The notes under the pieces were generated by a model. That model searched no databases. It was not told the origin of the DNA and was given only the letters and a program-made list of their open reading frames with translations. 64,000 bases of DNA from Paramecium tetraurelia (Eukaryota): positions 1-64,000 of the forward strand of contig CT868048.1 of the NCBI GenBank assembly GCA_000165425.1. Reading direction: 5' to 3'. Position numbers and translations under genes: made by a program. Below, piece after piece: positions 24,040 to 37,397 of this stretch; the stretch's first letter is position 1; each line of letters starts with the position of its first letter.

Positions 24040-24678
24040 TCAGATCTTTTTTGGTTTCTTTGTCAAATGTGAGCACATGTATTCCAAGATCTCTGATTGA
24101 GTTTTTTTCAATTCTTCAATCTATCTCTCCTGATTTCTAAGTAAGGATACTAAATGATGTATTTCATCGTCCTAATCTAGTAATAATAAAAGGGCATCAA
24201 AATTTTAGAGTGAAAATTTTTAGGACTATTATAATTGTTAATCAATTTTCATTGAAAAAAAATCTTCACTGCTCAAGGGTTTACTAGGTTATTGTGGAGT
24301 TGAATTTACTCGTTACTAAGGTTTGGCAGATTCTTATTAATTCTATAATTTATCACTCTTTAGGAGGTCCATGCTTGTGATTTCATAGTGATAGGCATCA
24401 GAGTTTTAATTAAAGTTTCTCTCAAAGTCCATTAGATCCTTATCTGCCTTAGTTTTTTTTTTGCGATTGCCTTGATAGTCTTCCTCTGATTCAGATGCTT
24501 TGCTTTAATTTTAAAATTGCTGCTTTATCCAAGACTTTATTGTTCGTGTTTTGAGATCGTATTCCTATGCCATGTATTCAATATGTTTATCAGAAGGATT
24601 ACTTCCCAAAGCCTTAAGAATTTATTATCTCTCCATGCTGGAAACAGATCTCTTTGGATAATTGTATCTAGGATTCAT
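24040..24678 (-). CDS. Small protein with an atypical homeodomain-like HTH and a C-terminal coiled coil
   Basis: Intronless 213-codon ORF. KRSVSSMERQQILKALGSNPSDKHIEYMAQEYDLKTRTIKSWIKQQ follows homeodomain spacing; the tail IHHLVSLLRNQERQIEELKKTQSEIL shows heptads. Confidence 0.7.
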
Positions 24679-25222
24679 ACTAGTTAATAAAAATTCAACA
24701 ATCCCTAATGCACATTAAAATCATTTATCATATTTTAGGAAGGAGGATAAAATTAATTCACAAAATAGACTATTGATAGTAGATATAATTATATGTAAAT
24801 ATTTTATTATAAATTACGATCAATTATTTTAGTTTCTTATCAAATTAATCCAATTTTGAATTATTTTCTAATTTCTATTTAATTCTCCAAAACATAATAA
24901 AAATCACTTATAATTCCAAGTCATATATATCTTTAATACAATTAATTATTGTATTCATTAAGGACTTCTTTAATTAAAACTATATACTATCATTTCAGTT
25001 TTATTCCTACCTATTATTTGAGTTGGAATGGAAAAATGTATAATAATTTAACAGAGCCTATTTATAAAAAATAATTATTCTATTAGTTAAAGGACAATTA
25101 GAAAGTGTCTTTTCATAAATTTTGCTGTATTTGTTAAATAAAGGTATTCAAACCCTTATTTGAATTTAATTTAGCTTGAAATTCTTATATTTTTATCACT
25201 TAATTATTTTTAATTTCTCATA

Positions 25223-26966
25223 ATGTAATTAAGAGATGAAGATCATGAATTGTGTAAATTAACACACCTGAATAGAAGTTTTATTTGCACAAATATGGAA
25301 TGTATTTAAGCTAAAAGATTTTAATTGGTATGTCATAAATGTTTAACTTTGTAACACACTAATTAAAAGGGAATTCAGAAATTTAAAAATACTAAAACTG
25401 TTCGCCACTTGGATGATTTTATAGAATTAAAAGATCTATTAAATCAATTAGAATCGAAATATCAAGCAAGGTTTAATTTTCTACAAATATTGCAATAAAA
25501 ATGCTTCGATTTTTAGAAAGAATAGATATAAAAAATCGAAAAATTTCCATTTCATGATTAAAACTTCTTATTATAAGCAAAGGTTGAGGTTGATACTCAG
25601 CTCTAGATGTTTATAAATGAATTAGGTTACCATCAAAGAATGTTGAATGAATCAAAGTAATACAATAATTCAACCTAAAAATCTATCTTGGATTTGTATA
25701 GAAGAAATGATGATAAATTTCATAATGAACTTATCAACAAACAAACTTAGGTTTTTGATAGGGTTAGGACAAGTTTAGCTAAAAAAGGCATAGATTTATA
25801 GAAGATGTTTGCAAAGTATGTTATTTATTTATTTTACTCAAAGCTAAGAGGAGAAACTAATTTAAGCTGATGATAGATTAAAGAAATTAGAAAATCCATA
25901 TGCAACAAATAAACTATTTAAATTTACTTTTATTATTGCAATTCTTATATTGATTAGTAATCAATTCTGCATTTTAACTTAGAAGGATTAAAAGTATATT
26001 CAGATAAAGGAGTCACTTCTGTTTGAATCAGATATCAATCAAATCAAGGAACAAGTGTCTGATTTTCAATAAGAGAATATAATTAAAATTGAAGAAATAA
26101 AAAACACTTTAGAAAGCAAATTAATTAATGAGATTGAATATTTGAAATTATACAATTAACAATTAAAAGTAGAAATGATAGAGTTGTAGAAATAATTTAA
26201 AGAAGTGGCTTACTCTTAAAATTAAACAATAAACACACTTTCGTAAGAACTTTTTAATCGAAAAGAATAAGTGTCAGTACAGAATTAGAGTTCCGATTTG
26301 AATAGTGTACAAATAATAAAATAACCAAATGATTGGGATAATAATAATAAGGTTTTGATAGAGAAGTTTGATTAAGTTGATGAGGATATTAAATAAATAT
26401 ATTCTAAATTTAATAATACAATCTAAGAAGTTAGAGAGTATGTTGATGATCGAATTTTAAGGAATAAATAATTTTTCAATGCTCAGAAGTACCTTCTAGG
26501 TAGAATTGAAATAGATTACCCAATCGTATTGTTGCAAGGCTTTACAATGTATTTAGATTAATATTTAAATAAATCTTTAAGTCTTGATTAAATAGAAGAG
26601 TTAACTAATTCATTCAGCTTAACTGGTATTGCTTGTTTTGGAGGGATATCAGTTAAAAAGCCCACTCATTTTGCTTTGATGGCATGCGATTACGCTTATG
26701 AAATTTTCACAATAACAACAAGCAGAGATAGAGCAAGAAAAAGTCGATCAGGTGACAATTTGTTCTGGTATTTTGTTCCGAGAATTTCAATTGGCTTTGC
26801 ACCGAATGAGAAAGTTCAACTTTAATTAGCGGATAATTTTGAACCATAAGATGAAAGTAGATTTAGTATTTGGGTGGAACATCCTTAAGGTGGTCGAAGA
26901 ATTGGGAATCAAACCTCTTTAATCGATACAACCGAATACAAAATAGCATTGTATGTAATGGAATGA
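25223..26966 (+). CDS. B-box-like Zn finger + coiled coil + single TM + coiled coil + uncharacterised globular C-terminal domain
   Basis: LCKLTHLNRSFICTNMECIQAKRFQLVCHKCLTLQH; hydrophobic LLKFTFIIAILILIS; C-terminus FWYFVPRISIGFAP..DESRFSIWVEHPQGGRRIG; TGA at 26964-26966. Confidence 0.8.
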
Positions 26967-27861
26967 TGAGTTTTTATGTAAGATAATTAAAGTATGTTAA
27001 TTGAAAATATATGATATGACTATTCCTGATAATCTTCCATATTTATTAATTACATTATTGATTTCCTTAATTTTAATAGAAATTAATTAATTAAGTAGTT
27101 GATAACATATATAAATAAATTTATTATTAATTGTGATTATAAAAGAAATTATAGTTACTTTAATTTGTTTATATTATTTTGGATAGTTTTGACTAAAAAT
27201 GATGTTATCAAAGGATATGAAAAACACATTTTGTATTAAAAATGATACTTTTTCATTTCTACAAACTCATACATTCCAAATGTTCAAATAGTTAAACTTT
27301 TTATATTAGAAAAAAGTTACAGAGTTTCTAATTCCCAGAGCCTGAAATAGTTATCAATATATATTACTGATAACTATTTAAGTAAGAATTAGCTTCTTGA
27401 TATGGATTATTTTCTTCTGTCTCGAATTCAAATATATATAATTACCAAAAATTCTGGGTGGTACTTTGTTTCCTCTTTTTTTGTTGTGATTTCATTCGTC
27501 TAAAAGGAGAATATACCTAACACCTCTACTATAGATTTTCAATGGTCTTAAGCCACTTATGTCATTACTTTAGAATTTCGGCATATATAGAATGCTTAGT
27601 TTAATGGAAAATGTTGCACATTATTTCGAAAAGAAGTACATTGAAATAAAATTGTGGGTAGAAGTAGTATCAACGCTAAGATAAAGGTGTGGATTTGAAT
27701 TTAAGAGATTCATTTGAAACAATCTAGAAAAATTAATGATTCGAATAATCAAATAAAATAAATGAATTCTGTTAAATTCTGTTGTTTTTCTTTGGAGAAT
27801 CCAACGAATCTTGTTTTATATTTAAATTAAATAGTTTTAGAAAAATTGAATAATAAAAACA

Positions 27862-28476
27862 ATGAATGGCTTTGAAATAATAGAGTAATCGGACGATTCC
27901 GTAGTGATGAAGGTCAATAGACAATATTTTACTATGTTCTACTCAATGATTTAATCCTAACTAAACAATGAAGAATGTGGAGTATCCCAAGACTTTTTAA
28001 GAAGAATCGTGCCATTTTTTATGAATCAATTCTTAATTTGGGCTATGCAAACCAACGAAGATAATCTAGTCAGTGTTAGGATTACTTTAATGAAGATCAA
28101 AGAGAACAAGAAATCAAATCAAAGGAAATTCGAATTAGGAGATCTTAAGAAAATTCATAATCCAAAGGATATCAAAAAGTATAAATTAGTCAGAGAAGCT
28201 TGGGAATCTTTCTTATACTCTTAACATATCAGAGATTGCATTTAACATAACAAAAGAATCAAATTAGGTTCAATAGTATAGTACATGGAGGCAATCAATA
28301 TACTAATACTTGAGTTGGATAAACCATTCCCTTACAACAAACTTCTATCCAAATATAAATAAGGTGTCAAAAATAAAACACTGCCTGTACAATAATTTCA
28401 ACCTTACTAAGATGAATTCAGTATTCTCTAAGAGGATGAGAATTCCACTTGTTTTACGCTAGGTAGATTGCATTGA
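27862..28476 (+). CDS. hypothetical protein
   Basis: Intronless 205-codon ORF in code 6 (MNGFEIIEQSDDSVVMKV...TLGRLH*) containing the track ORF 28009..28224. Confidence 0.75.
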
Positions 28477-28720
28477 TCTAATAATGATGTTTTGATTAAG
28501 CTATTTAATTACATAATAATTTATAATTGTTAAATTCTAGAAAAATATATATTAAGAAAATTATTATTAGACACAAAAAAGCACCTTAAGTTCTACTCTG
28601 TAAGACTTAATGACTTTATTAATTATAAATGGAGAAACTTTAGACGAATGAATTATAAATAGCATATTCAAACAATATATATATATACAGTTGATTATAA
28701 TAATAAAATTAACGATCCTT

Positions 28721-29257
28721 ATGTATTATCCATCATCTACAACGTATACAACATAAAGTTATAGGAAGTTCAAAAAGTAAGAGGATAAAGTGGAGAATAC
28801 TAATGCAATATAGGATTATCACTTATAAAGAACACTCAAATAAGTGGAATAATTATAAAGAGATCTAGAATAAGCCAAAATGGAAGAGCAAAGTATTGTT
28901 ATATTTAATAGTCAAGATAGTTAAAAGCAGAGAAGATAAGCAGAAGAAAAGCTATATCACTTTCAATTAAAATACGATGATATGAATAAAGAATGCATGA
29001 ATCTTAGAGAAAAAATAGCCAAAGCAGAAGGAGATAGATAAGTTATAAGGGCATAAGGTGAAGGTGAAGTAAAAGCATTAAATGTATAAATAAATTATTT
29101 GGAAAAATAAATTTCAGAGCTTAAATTAGAAAATGAAAAATTAAAAAAGGAAAATGAATAACTTCATCATCAAGTGCTAGATACAAAAAATTAATCTAAA
29201 AAACCAATCTAAAATATACCTTAAAATACATAATAGCGTCCTTAATCATACTATTGA
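28721..29257 (+). CDS. coiled-coil hypothetical protein
   Basis: 179-codon ORF MYYPSSTTYTTQSYRKF...LEKQISELKLENEKLKKENEQL..SYY*. Confidence 0.7.
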
Positions 29258-29467
29258 CTATATTTAAACTTTATGTTTTGAAAATATCAGATACCTCTTA
29301 AATTATCTTTTTTCAATTTATCAAACCCTTTTAAAAGTTAATCTGTATCATTTGTATTCATTTAATTTTTTCTACCATTGCCATACTTAATTAAATTTCT
29401 CAATTAGATTATAACGCTGTTGTTTAATAAATATAATATTTATATAATTAGAGTTTCTTTATAAACT

Positions 29468-29827
29468 ATGAAAGGTTTAGGAGTTTTTCTGATAGGAATT
29501 TACATTGCTATATATGGAATTGCTTTATTGACAGACCCTTGGACATAATTGCATTATGATAGATCAGTTCGTTAGCTAGGAATGAAAAACTTATAATAAT
29601 TTGTTGCCTTAGCTTTGAAAGCAAGATCTTTATATGGATTTGCTCATATTTTTGCAGGATACTGTCTAATGAATAAGTATAATTAATACTAAATAATTAG
29701 AATATCATAGATGAAATTAATAGTAAGTTGTATATTTGCAATCGATATCATAATACAAGTTGGGTTTTAATCAATTCACTAAATTTTTTAAGATGTTATT
29801 TTAATTGGAATAGTCAATTATATTTGA
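29468..29827 (+). CDS. small multi-pass membrane protein
   Basis: MKGLGVFLIGIYIAIYGIALLTD; further hydrophobic segments; one 24-nt intron candidate; TGA at 29825-29827. Confidence 0.7.
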
Positions 29828-30360
29828 GAATTTGATATATGTGTTTATAAGTCAATTGATTTTTAGTTTTGATTCATATACAATTTTTGTTTATCTCTAT
29901 ATATTTTAACTAATTATTTATTAATTGGCACAATTAAAAGTTTCTAATTACTTCGATTAATAATTTTCAGGTATATTTGAAGATATCTATAATTCATTTA
30001 AACAAGAGTTGAAATGTATTTTCGAGCTAAATTAGAAAAATAGTTTGTATTTCAAAATTTAATAAATTTTAGAGATACTTAGATACTTCTGAATCATTTT
30101 AATTATGTATATTGATATTGAAAGTTTAATAAATGGAAAATAAACTTACAATATTTTTATACTTGTATATGATAATCTCAAATTTTTTCTAATATCTAAA
30201 AATTTCTTATCATATAATCACTATTAAATTTATATTTAACCACATTATGGAACTATCAAATATTAGATTTATATTCTAATTATATCAGGTAGATAAATTT
30301 TCGATTTATAAATAAAATTATATATGTTTGATAGAAATTAATGTTATTTTTAGATAATAA

Positions 30361-31166
30361 TCAATCTTTTTTATTAATGTTTTGTTCTTTTGAAGGATCG
30401 TATTTCTTTTTCTTGTTTTCTAATTCAGTCCAATTGTTGAAGTCTTTCTTTTTCATCTAAGCCAGATATTCAGAATAAGTTATTTCTTTTTCTTATCCAT
30501 CGGCTGTCTTTTCATCCTATCCAAATATTTTGAATATTTCTCCATCTAGATTTTATCTCCCGCATCTCACATATAATAATTCCAAAGTGTCTTCGACAGT
30601 TATAGTATTTTTGATGGCTTCTTTGTCATATGCATACATTAAAAACTGCACAAAGTTAAATAAACCTCTTTAATTTTATTAATTATATACCTGGGTTCTA
30701 GGTAAGAAGTATCTTTAATGCATCTTTTGAACATTAATTAAAATTCATACCAGCTGATTTATTCATCCAAATCTTCATCTATTTCCCATATCATTCTTTC
30801 CACTTCATCCCCAATAGGAGTGTATTTTAACTTTTTCATCATTGCATAAATGGCTTTAGCTGAGAATTTGGGTTCATTGGATTTCTTCCTTTTTTATTTT
30901 CCAAGTTTGGTGTCACCATCTGTAGTCTTATTCCCGTCCATTTCTTATTCAACCCTTTTAGGCTCCAGTTGAATCAGCGCATTAAACACCTTAATCAACC
31001 TATCCTTTTCGACAGCCTTAATTTTTTTGCTCATTATTTTTTCTTCCAAAGTCCTTTCATAGACAGGTAGTTTCTTTCTTCTTTCTTGTTCTTCCTGACT
31101 CAAAGGAGATTCACTTCTACTTCTCGATGAATTATTATCCTCTCTATTTTTCTGAGTGCTTTGCAT
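30361..31166 (-). CDS. calmodulin/centrin-like EF-hand protein
   Basis: EVERMIWEIDEDLDEQISWYEFQLMFKRC (EF hand), then EPR/GLFNFVQFLMY..TITVEDTLELLYVR..EITYSEYL; one tiny intron. Confidence 0.85.
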
Positions 31167-31327
31167 TTTTATATTTTAATATAATAAAATTCATTGGATA
31201 TTTATGTTTCATTATATCTCTAGTGAAAATCCTGGAAGAATTAAAAATTTGATGATAAAAATGAATCATTATTTAATAGTTTTAATGAGATTCCCAGGTG
31301 TATATAGTAGCTAAATATAATATGAAG

Positions 31328-31868
31328 TCATTTGTTCTTGAGTTTGTGATTCCATTTGGCCCTCTCAGCCAAAATCTACGGATTTGAACAAGGGGTGGTA
31401 TCTCCGAAATTTCCCAATTGATTCTGATACTAGGTTACGTAATGCTTAATCATTTTCTAATTTCTAAGATTAGTATATTTTTACAACCTATCTCCTATTT
31501 CTACTTGGCAAACGTTGCTTTGCGAGATCCTTAAACTCTGATCTACTAATCTGCTCCTATGAGCTAAAGGATTGTATGGAGATAATGGTTTGTTCCTCAT
31601 GCTTGAAAAACATCTTCTTTTATTGTTATAAGCATCTTGGTTGGTTGATGTGGAATACATGGATTTACTATTTGAAATATATGTTATACTTTAAGTAATC
31701 TAGATTTCTTTAATTTGGTTTAAAGTAGAATGGAATTGCAATGAAATCATCTCCTTTTCTTTTGATATAACTACAAGTGGAGACTTTTGTGTTTTTGAAG
31801 AAATCAAAAGATTGCTCAGTTTTTCTATTGGGTCTTGCCTACAATTAACGATTATTGTTTGAAGACAT
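31328..31868 (-). CDS. hypothetical basic protein, possibly ciliary
   Basis: ORF with one 24-nt intron; motifs KPLSPYNPLAHRSRL, SNVCQVEIGDR, KHYVTQYQN and SNPQILAERAKW. Confidence 0.7.
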
Positions 31869-31902
31869 TATAAAATATTAAAAATAATAATATATAAAAC
31901 AC

Positions 31903-33425
31903 TCAAGCAAAGTTATTTAATCTTTAGGTTAGAGTCTCCTTGTATTAGGCCAAAGAAGGCAATTGTTCAGTAACTTCTTTTCTAATTAACTTTGCTGCCC
32001 ATCTTCTTTCAGCATCTTTGCAAATATCCGATATGTTTCTCCCACTCATCCCATTACTCAATTGACTGAGTATGTCTCTCTCTTTATCAGTCAGATGTTT
32101 GGCATACCTTTAAAAGATCTCTTATCTAGCCTAATTATCTGGCAAATCAAATTTAACAGACAAATCAATCCTACTCAACATGGCAGCATCAAGATCTTAT
32201 TTTCTATTGGTTGCACATATCAATAGTACATTTGTATTGCTTTCAAAAGAATCGATCTTCCTCAAAAGAGTAGACAAGATTCTCCTTGATACCTCATGCA
32301 TTTCTCCTCCTCTTTATTATGCAATCGCATCTATTTCATCAATAAAAATTATAGCTCTTCCCAACTGTTAACAACCCTTCCAAATATCTGCGAATTGTCT
32401 CTCACTCTCTCCATACCATTTCGACATAAAACTCTCAATAGGCAAATAAACCAATGGAATTTAAACTTACTAAGCTATGATCCTTGCAGTTGTTGTCTTG
32501 CCTGTCCCTGGAGGCCCTTCAAACAATATAGCCTTTGGTCTATTTGGCTCATTCTTAACCCTAGTCAAGGCTGTAAGAGAATCATAAACTTCTGGATATT
32601 ATAAGGCCAATAACACTGTGTCTTCTATGTCTCTCTTTTATTTTTCGTAACCTGCCAAATAATTCCAATCTAAGTTTCTCTCCTTGTTATCAGGCATAAA
32701 TATGGTTACACCTGCCTTCTCCAACTCTTGCAGTGTTTTCCCAGTCTTGATTTCTTGTTGTTGTTTAATTTCTGCCTGCACTTGTTAACTAGATGAAAAA
32801 TTCTTAATGTGTTGCAAAGTCCTTGGTCGATTTGCTTCGACATAACAAGCCATAAATGCTTCTAAATCTGCATTTGAAAATTAGTCTGTCTTTTCTAATA
32901 TTATTTACATTGATGGTTTTTCATTTGTCATTTCCCCATAAATATAGATTGTTCCTTGAGTCACTATTTTACTCTTCGGATTCCCTACACTCTCCTCAAA
33001 GTCTATTTGTAAACTATATATTTAATTTTCGAATGTGGAATGAACATCCTTTATTTTGAAGCTCCCTTCTAACTTTTAAAGTTAACTCAACATATTGACT
33101 AATAGTGCAAATATATCACACATTCTCTGGTCAGCTACGAACGTGATAGAATATCTATTTCCCTTGGTTCCAAACCTATTTATACTATAGCACTGCTTTA
33201 TTACTTGACTTCTGGGTAATACTCTGCCTCTGGTTTAGACTCGATTCCAGATCCAAATTAAGATTTCATCTTTAAAATGTCTTATTCTATTTTTTTCCTT
33301 GCCTCCAATATTATTTTATCCTCAATGCAATAGAACGAGGTGAAACTAATGAAACTGGCAGCCAATAGTGGCGTCTTATATCTGATCAAAGGCAGAGCAG
33401 CTATGTTCAAAAATCTTCTAAACAT
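31903..33425 (-). CDS. single-module AAA+ ATPase with a mitochondrial-presequence-like N-terminus
   Basis: N-terminus MFRRFLNIAALPLIRYK; Walker A GPPGTGKT; pore loop SKWYGESE; Walker B IIFIDEID; SRH ATNRKQDLDAAMLSR; MSGRNI. Confidence 0.92.
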
Positions 33426-33614
33426 TCTTCGATTAATTAAAATATTAATTTATAACAAACATATAGGTCATCCTCGATCAAATTCATTCTTTCAATTGTT
33501 TTGTGTTAATATATAAAGATGATTTACCTTTGTAACCACTCTCTTATGCAATCACCTTCTATCCCCCATGTTTTATATTTATTTTACGTGTTTAAATAAT
33601 ATATAGTTTATTTA

Positions 33615-35280
33615 ATGTAATCAATTAAACCCATAGTTCAATAAATCTCATATGCCAGATAGGGAATTAATGAGAAGAAGCACATATCAGAGAATATAGA
33701 AAAAATGAAGGTTGCTTTTGATCAATTGGCACCAGCTATTAGAAATTAGCAAGATTATATCTAAAACATGAATCCATCTTCAATACAAGTTAAGGATGGT
33801 GCTGAGAAATTATAGGAATAGAAAAGGTATTTCTTAAGATTCCTTGATTTAATCAATTATGAATTATCGGAATTAATAACGATCGCAAGAAATACTATGG
33901 GTTTGAAAGATAAGGTTACTAATCCTGATCCTTTTTGGGAAAAGATTCTGTATTAAAAAGTTAAGTTCATAGAATCTATAAAGGATTAATTGACTCCTGA
34001 TACAAATTATTTTGAATTGCTCTTTAAAACGTTAAATCTTAGGGATAATCTAATTATACAGTTTGTTAAAGCACTGTTACATAGAAAACTACTCTTATGG
34101 AAGGATATGAATATAAGGAATGAACCTTTTGTTCATGCCTAGATCAAGGCTTTGTTAAATAATATTGAATCTAAATAAACGAAAGGACAAATAGTAAGTG
34201 AAAAATTGGAGTTTAAAGAAATTGATTTTGCGAATGAAACTGTCCCAGGAGTTTGGAGATATTAGTTAGAATCTAAAGAGGAAAGTTATTCGATCGGAAT
34301 ATTTCTTAATTTATTAAAAGAAACCTATGATGATTTGATTACCAGTTTATTAAATTATTGCAATTTATCAACAGATCCAGCTGCATTAAAATAAGTTACA
34401 AATAATTCAAAATAAGTTTAAAGTTTGAGGCAATAGATTGAGATTTTAGTTGATGAAAATGAGAAATTAAACAAGTAATTGAATGAGTTGAAGGTCACTA
34501 AACGATCTAATGAATTTGTCGAAATTAAGAGATTGCAGCAAGTGATTGAAGAGTTAGAAGTTAGTCTATCTAGGAAAACTAGAGAAATAGATGAATTAAT
34601 GGCTAATTCTAAGGGGAGTCTCAGTTTAATCTAGAATCTTAGAGAAAAACTTAAAGACGTTGAAGAAGAAAACCATAGATATAACAATATATTCTTCCCT
34701 AAATAAAAGGATATTGAGCAACAGACAGGAAAATTACTGGATGAGTTCTTGCAAATTAAAAAAGACATAGATACATACAGTTCTTTGTTTAAGATGGAAA
34801 GTTAAATTAGAGAAAAAGCTCTGAAAAGCAAGGAGTAGTCAGAAGATTAAGTCTAAAAATTGGTTGATATGTTAGGAAGATCAAAATAAAAAGTATTATA
34901 ATATAAAATAAATAAAGAATAAAGAACTTCAGGAGGTCATTAAGTAAAAGGAATCCATAATAAATAAGGTCTTAGAAGCTAAAAGATAGAATATGGAGGA
35001 AATTCAAATTTTGAATAAAGAAATTATTATTCACAAGGACTAAGTTCAATATGAAGTAACTTTATTATGATCATAGTAAAACAGAGTCAAAGAGGTGCAA
35101 TAATAGTTAGATATATTGGAGAAGAAGTATCAGGATATGTTTGAAATCAACACACATTTCAATAAAAGAATTTATGAACTTGAAAGATAGAAAAAAGAGT
35201 TATTAGATATCTTAAAGAAACATGATATTGAACCTGATCCAACTAAATTAAGTTTTATTAATGAACTAATATAATAATGA
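33615..35280 (+). CDS. long coiled-coil protein
   Basis: Open in code 6 from ATG at 33615; E/K/Q-rich heptads; 2 tiny introns near 34893 and 35056; TGA at 35278-35280. Confidence 0.8.
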
Positions 35281-36037
35281 ATTATTATTTAAATAATGTT
35301 TAGATTTTATATTTATCAAACCCTTTGATTAAGTCTACAGAAAAAAATAGAGTTAAGAATATCTAAGTAAAATCATAAAGATTACATGCCATATTATGCC
35401 ATAAATGAATAATTTTCCATTTAAGATAAAATCATAGAATAATACAGAAATTACAAAATAATCATAGAGGTTAATATATAGGAGTATAAACCATTTCAAT
35501 ACATATTGTCAAATATACCTTAATTAATCAATAAAAAACATGAATAAAGAAATACTAATCAATATAGTATCGTAAATTCTCAAAGCAACTTTTTGATTAA
35601 ACGAAATAGACTTAAAAATTGATAGCTGAAGATTCAATTGAAATAGTTTTTATAATAAATATAAACAGAGAATATACTTTTAAATTGTTCATGAATTAAT
35701 TTGATTAGTTGAATCCATAAATTTAAAAAATAAGACAGACATTGAATTGTATTTTCACAAAAACATAAATTCAATCTGTATGCATAAGAAATTGAGAAGT
35801 TTTATAATAAAGAAACAAGTAAATTATATCAAAGTGAGAGAGTAAATATTAAAAAATGAATTTAATAGAGAAATTCTTGATTGGAGTAGTATGTAAGATG
35901 GAATGCATAATGATCCTAGTAGATAGGAACATGTAAGAAGTTCTAGGATATATAAATAATGAGATGAAAAATCATTGGAAAATTTAGAGATAATTTTTTT
36001 AAAGGATAATTTTGGAACTACTATATCAAAAATAAAA

Positions 36038-37355
36038 ATGACAAGAGGGTTTCACGAGGATTAGTAGTTTAAAAAAGAATTTTTATAAATAGTTGATGCT
36101 CATGGGGGAGAGAATTGTAGACATTGGACAAAGGTTGCAAGAGTGTACTTTGAAACGACAGGGATCCAAGTGAACTAAACATACAAGTTAAGGAAGAGAT
36201 GGGAAACATTGACTGGATACAAGGAGAATTTGAGTGAGGAGTAGACAAAGATTCTGTATGAAACTGGGATTAAATGCAGGGGAAACAACAAAGGAGGTTT
36301 GCAGAGTTTTACATAGCAGACAGGAGTTAGGTATATAGAGTGATAGATAAGTTAGAATGTATTTAGGAAGATACACAAAAACCATATCGAAGTGGTTGAG
36401 AGGAGCAATAAAACTATTTCAGGAGATGTACATCCATGATAAGAAGACAAGATATAGAAGGTTGGACGAGGATAATTATCGTTTATCCTATGTTTCTATT
36501 CACATAATGTTGAGAGCCGTAGATGTGAATGATATTGGCGATGATCCTGTATTCTAGGAATTAAAATAATGTGCAATAAGACTGGAGTAGTTGTTATTGT
36601 TGCATGCTAAAATTCACAAAGAATTCGATAAGAGGGAGAACTATGAGAATTATGACATTTACAAGAATTTCTTGAAGCGATGGTAATTTAGGAGAATAAT
36701 GTTTTTTTTGGATTATGTTAATGAGTTGAAACAGATCAGCATAAGTTATTACAAGGAATTGGTCATATTGGCTCATCCTTTGTTGAAGAAGTCTATAGAA
36801 TTGAATAAGAAGACTGAAGTCTATTAGAAGATAATCTTAGAATCTGATTGGCAATCAAAATATCAATTGTATAACTTATGTCAAGCATTACAGGAGAATT
36901 AAGAATACTCTATGTTGATTAAGAAGGCAGCAAAAAAGCAGAAGGATTAACCAGAGAAGGAGGTACAAGAGAATGTATAGGATGTGGAATAGAATGTTTA
37001 GAATGATCATGTGCTACAAGGATATGATGTGGTATCCAAGTCAGTCCATAAGGTTTGCAATAAAATGGCACATGCAAGGATAACTCCGACCGAAAAATAA
37101 AAGTTAAGAACCTTTCGTGGACATTATGTGAGACCAGGTTAAATCAAGTCGAAGGGATGGACTACGATATTGTTTGATCATGACTTGCCTTCGAGTTAGG
37201 ATGAAAGAGAAGTGGAGGATTAGTAGAATCTTAGTAATTTGGATATGAAGGAACTATCTAGAATTTACAATAGCAATTTTGATAAGGACATTGGAAAATT
37301 GTAGGGGAAATATAGGGAAAAAAAATAGAAGAAAAATAAACCATACGCATTTTGA
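36038..37355 (+). CDS. divergent Myb/SANT-domain protein
   Basis: FKKEFLQIVDAHGGENCRHWTKVARVY..KLRKRWETL..LSEEQTKILYE; one 25-nt intron (36331-36355); 431 codons after splicing. Confidence 0.75.
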
Positions 37356-37397
37356 GAATATGTTAAGAATTTATTTTATATAAAAAATTAATATATT

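Noticed and set aside
32180..33059. Plus-strand track ORFs 32180..32371, 32296..32604 and 32856..33059
   Set aside because: They are antisense shadows of the AAA ATPase.
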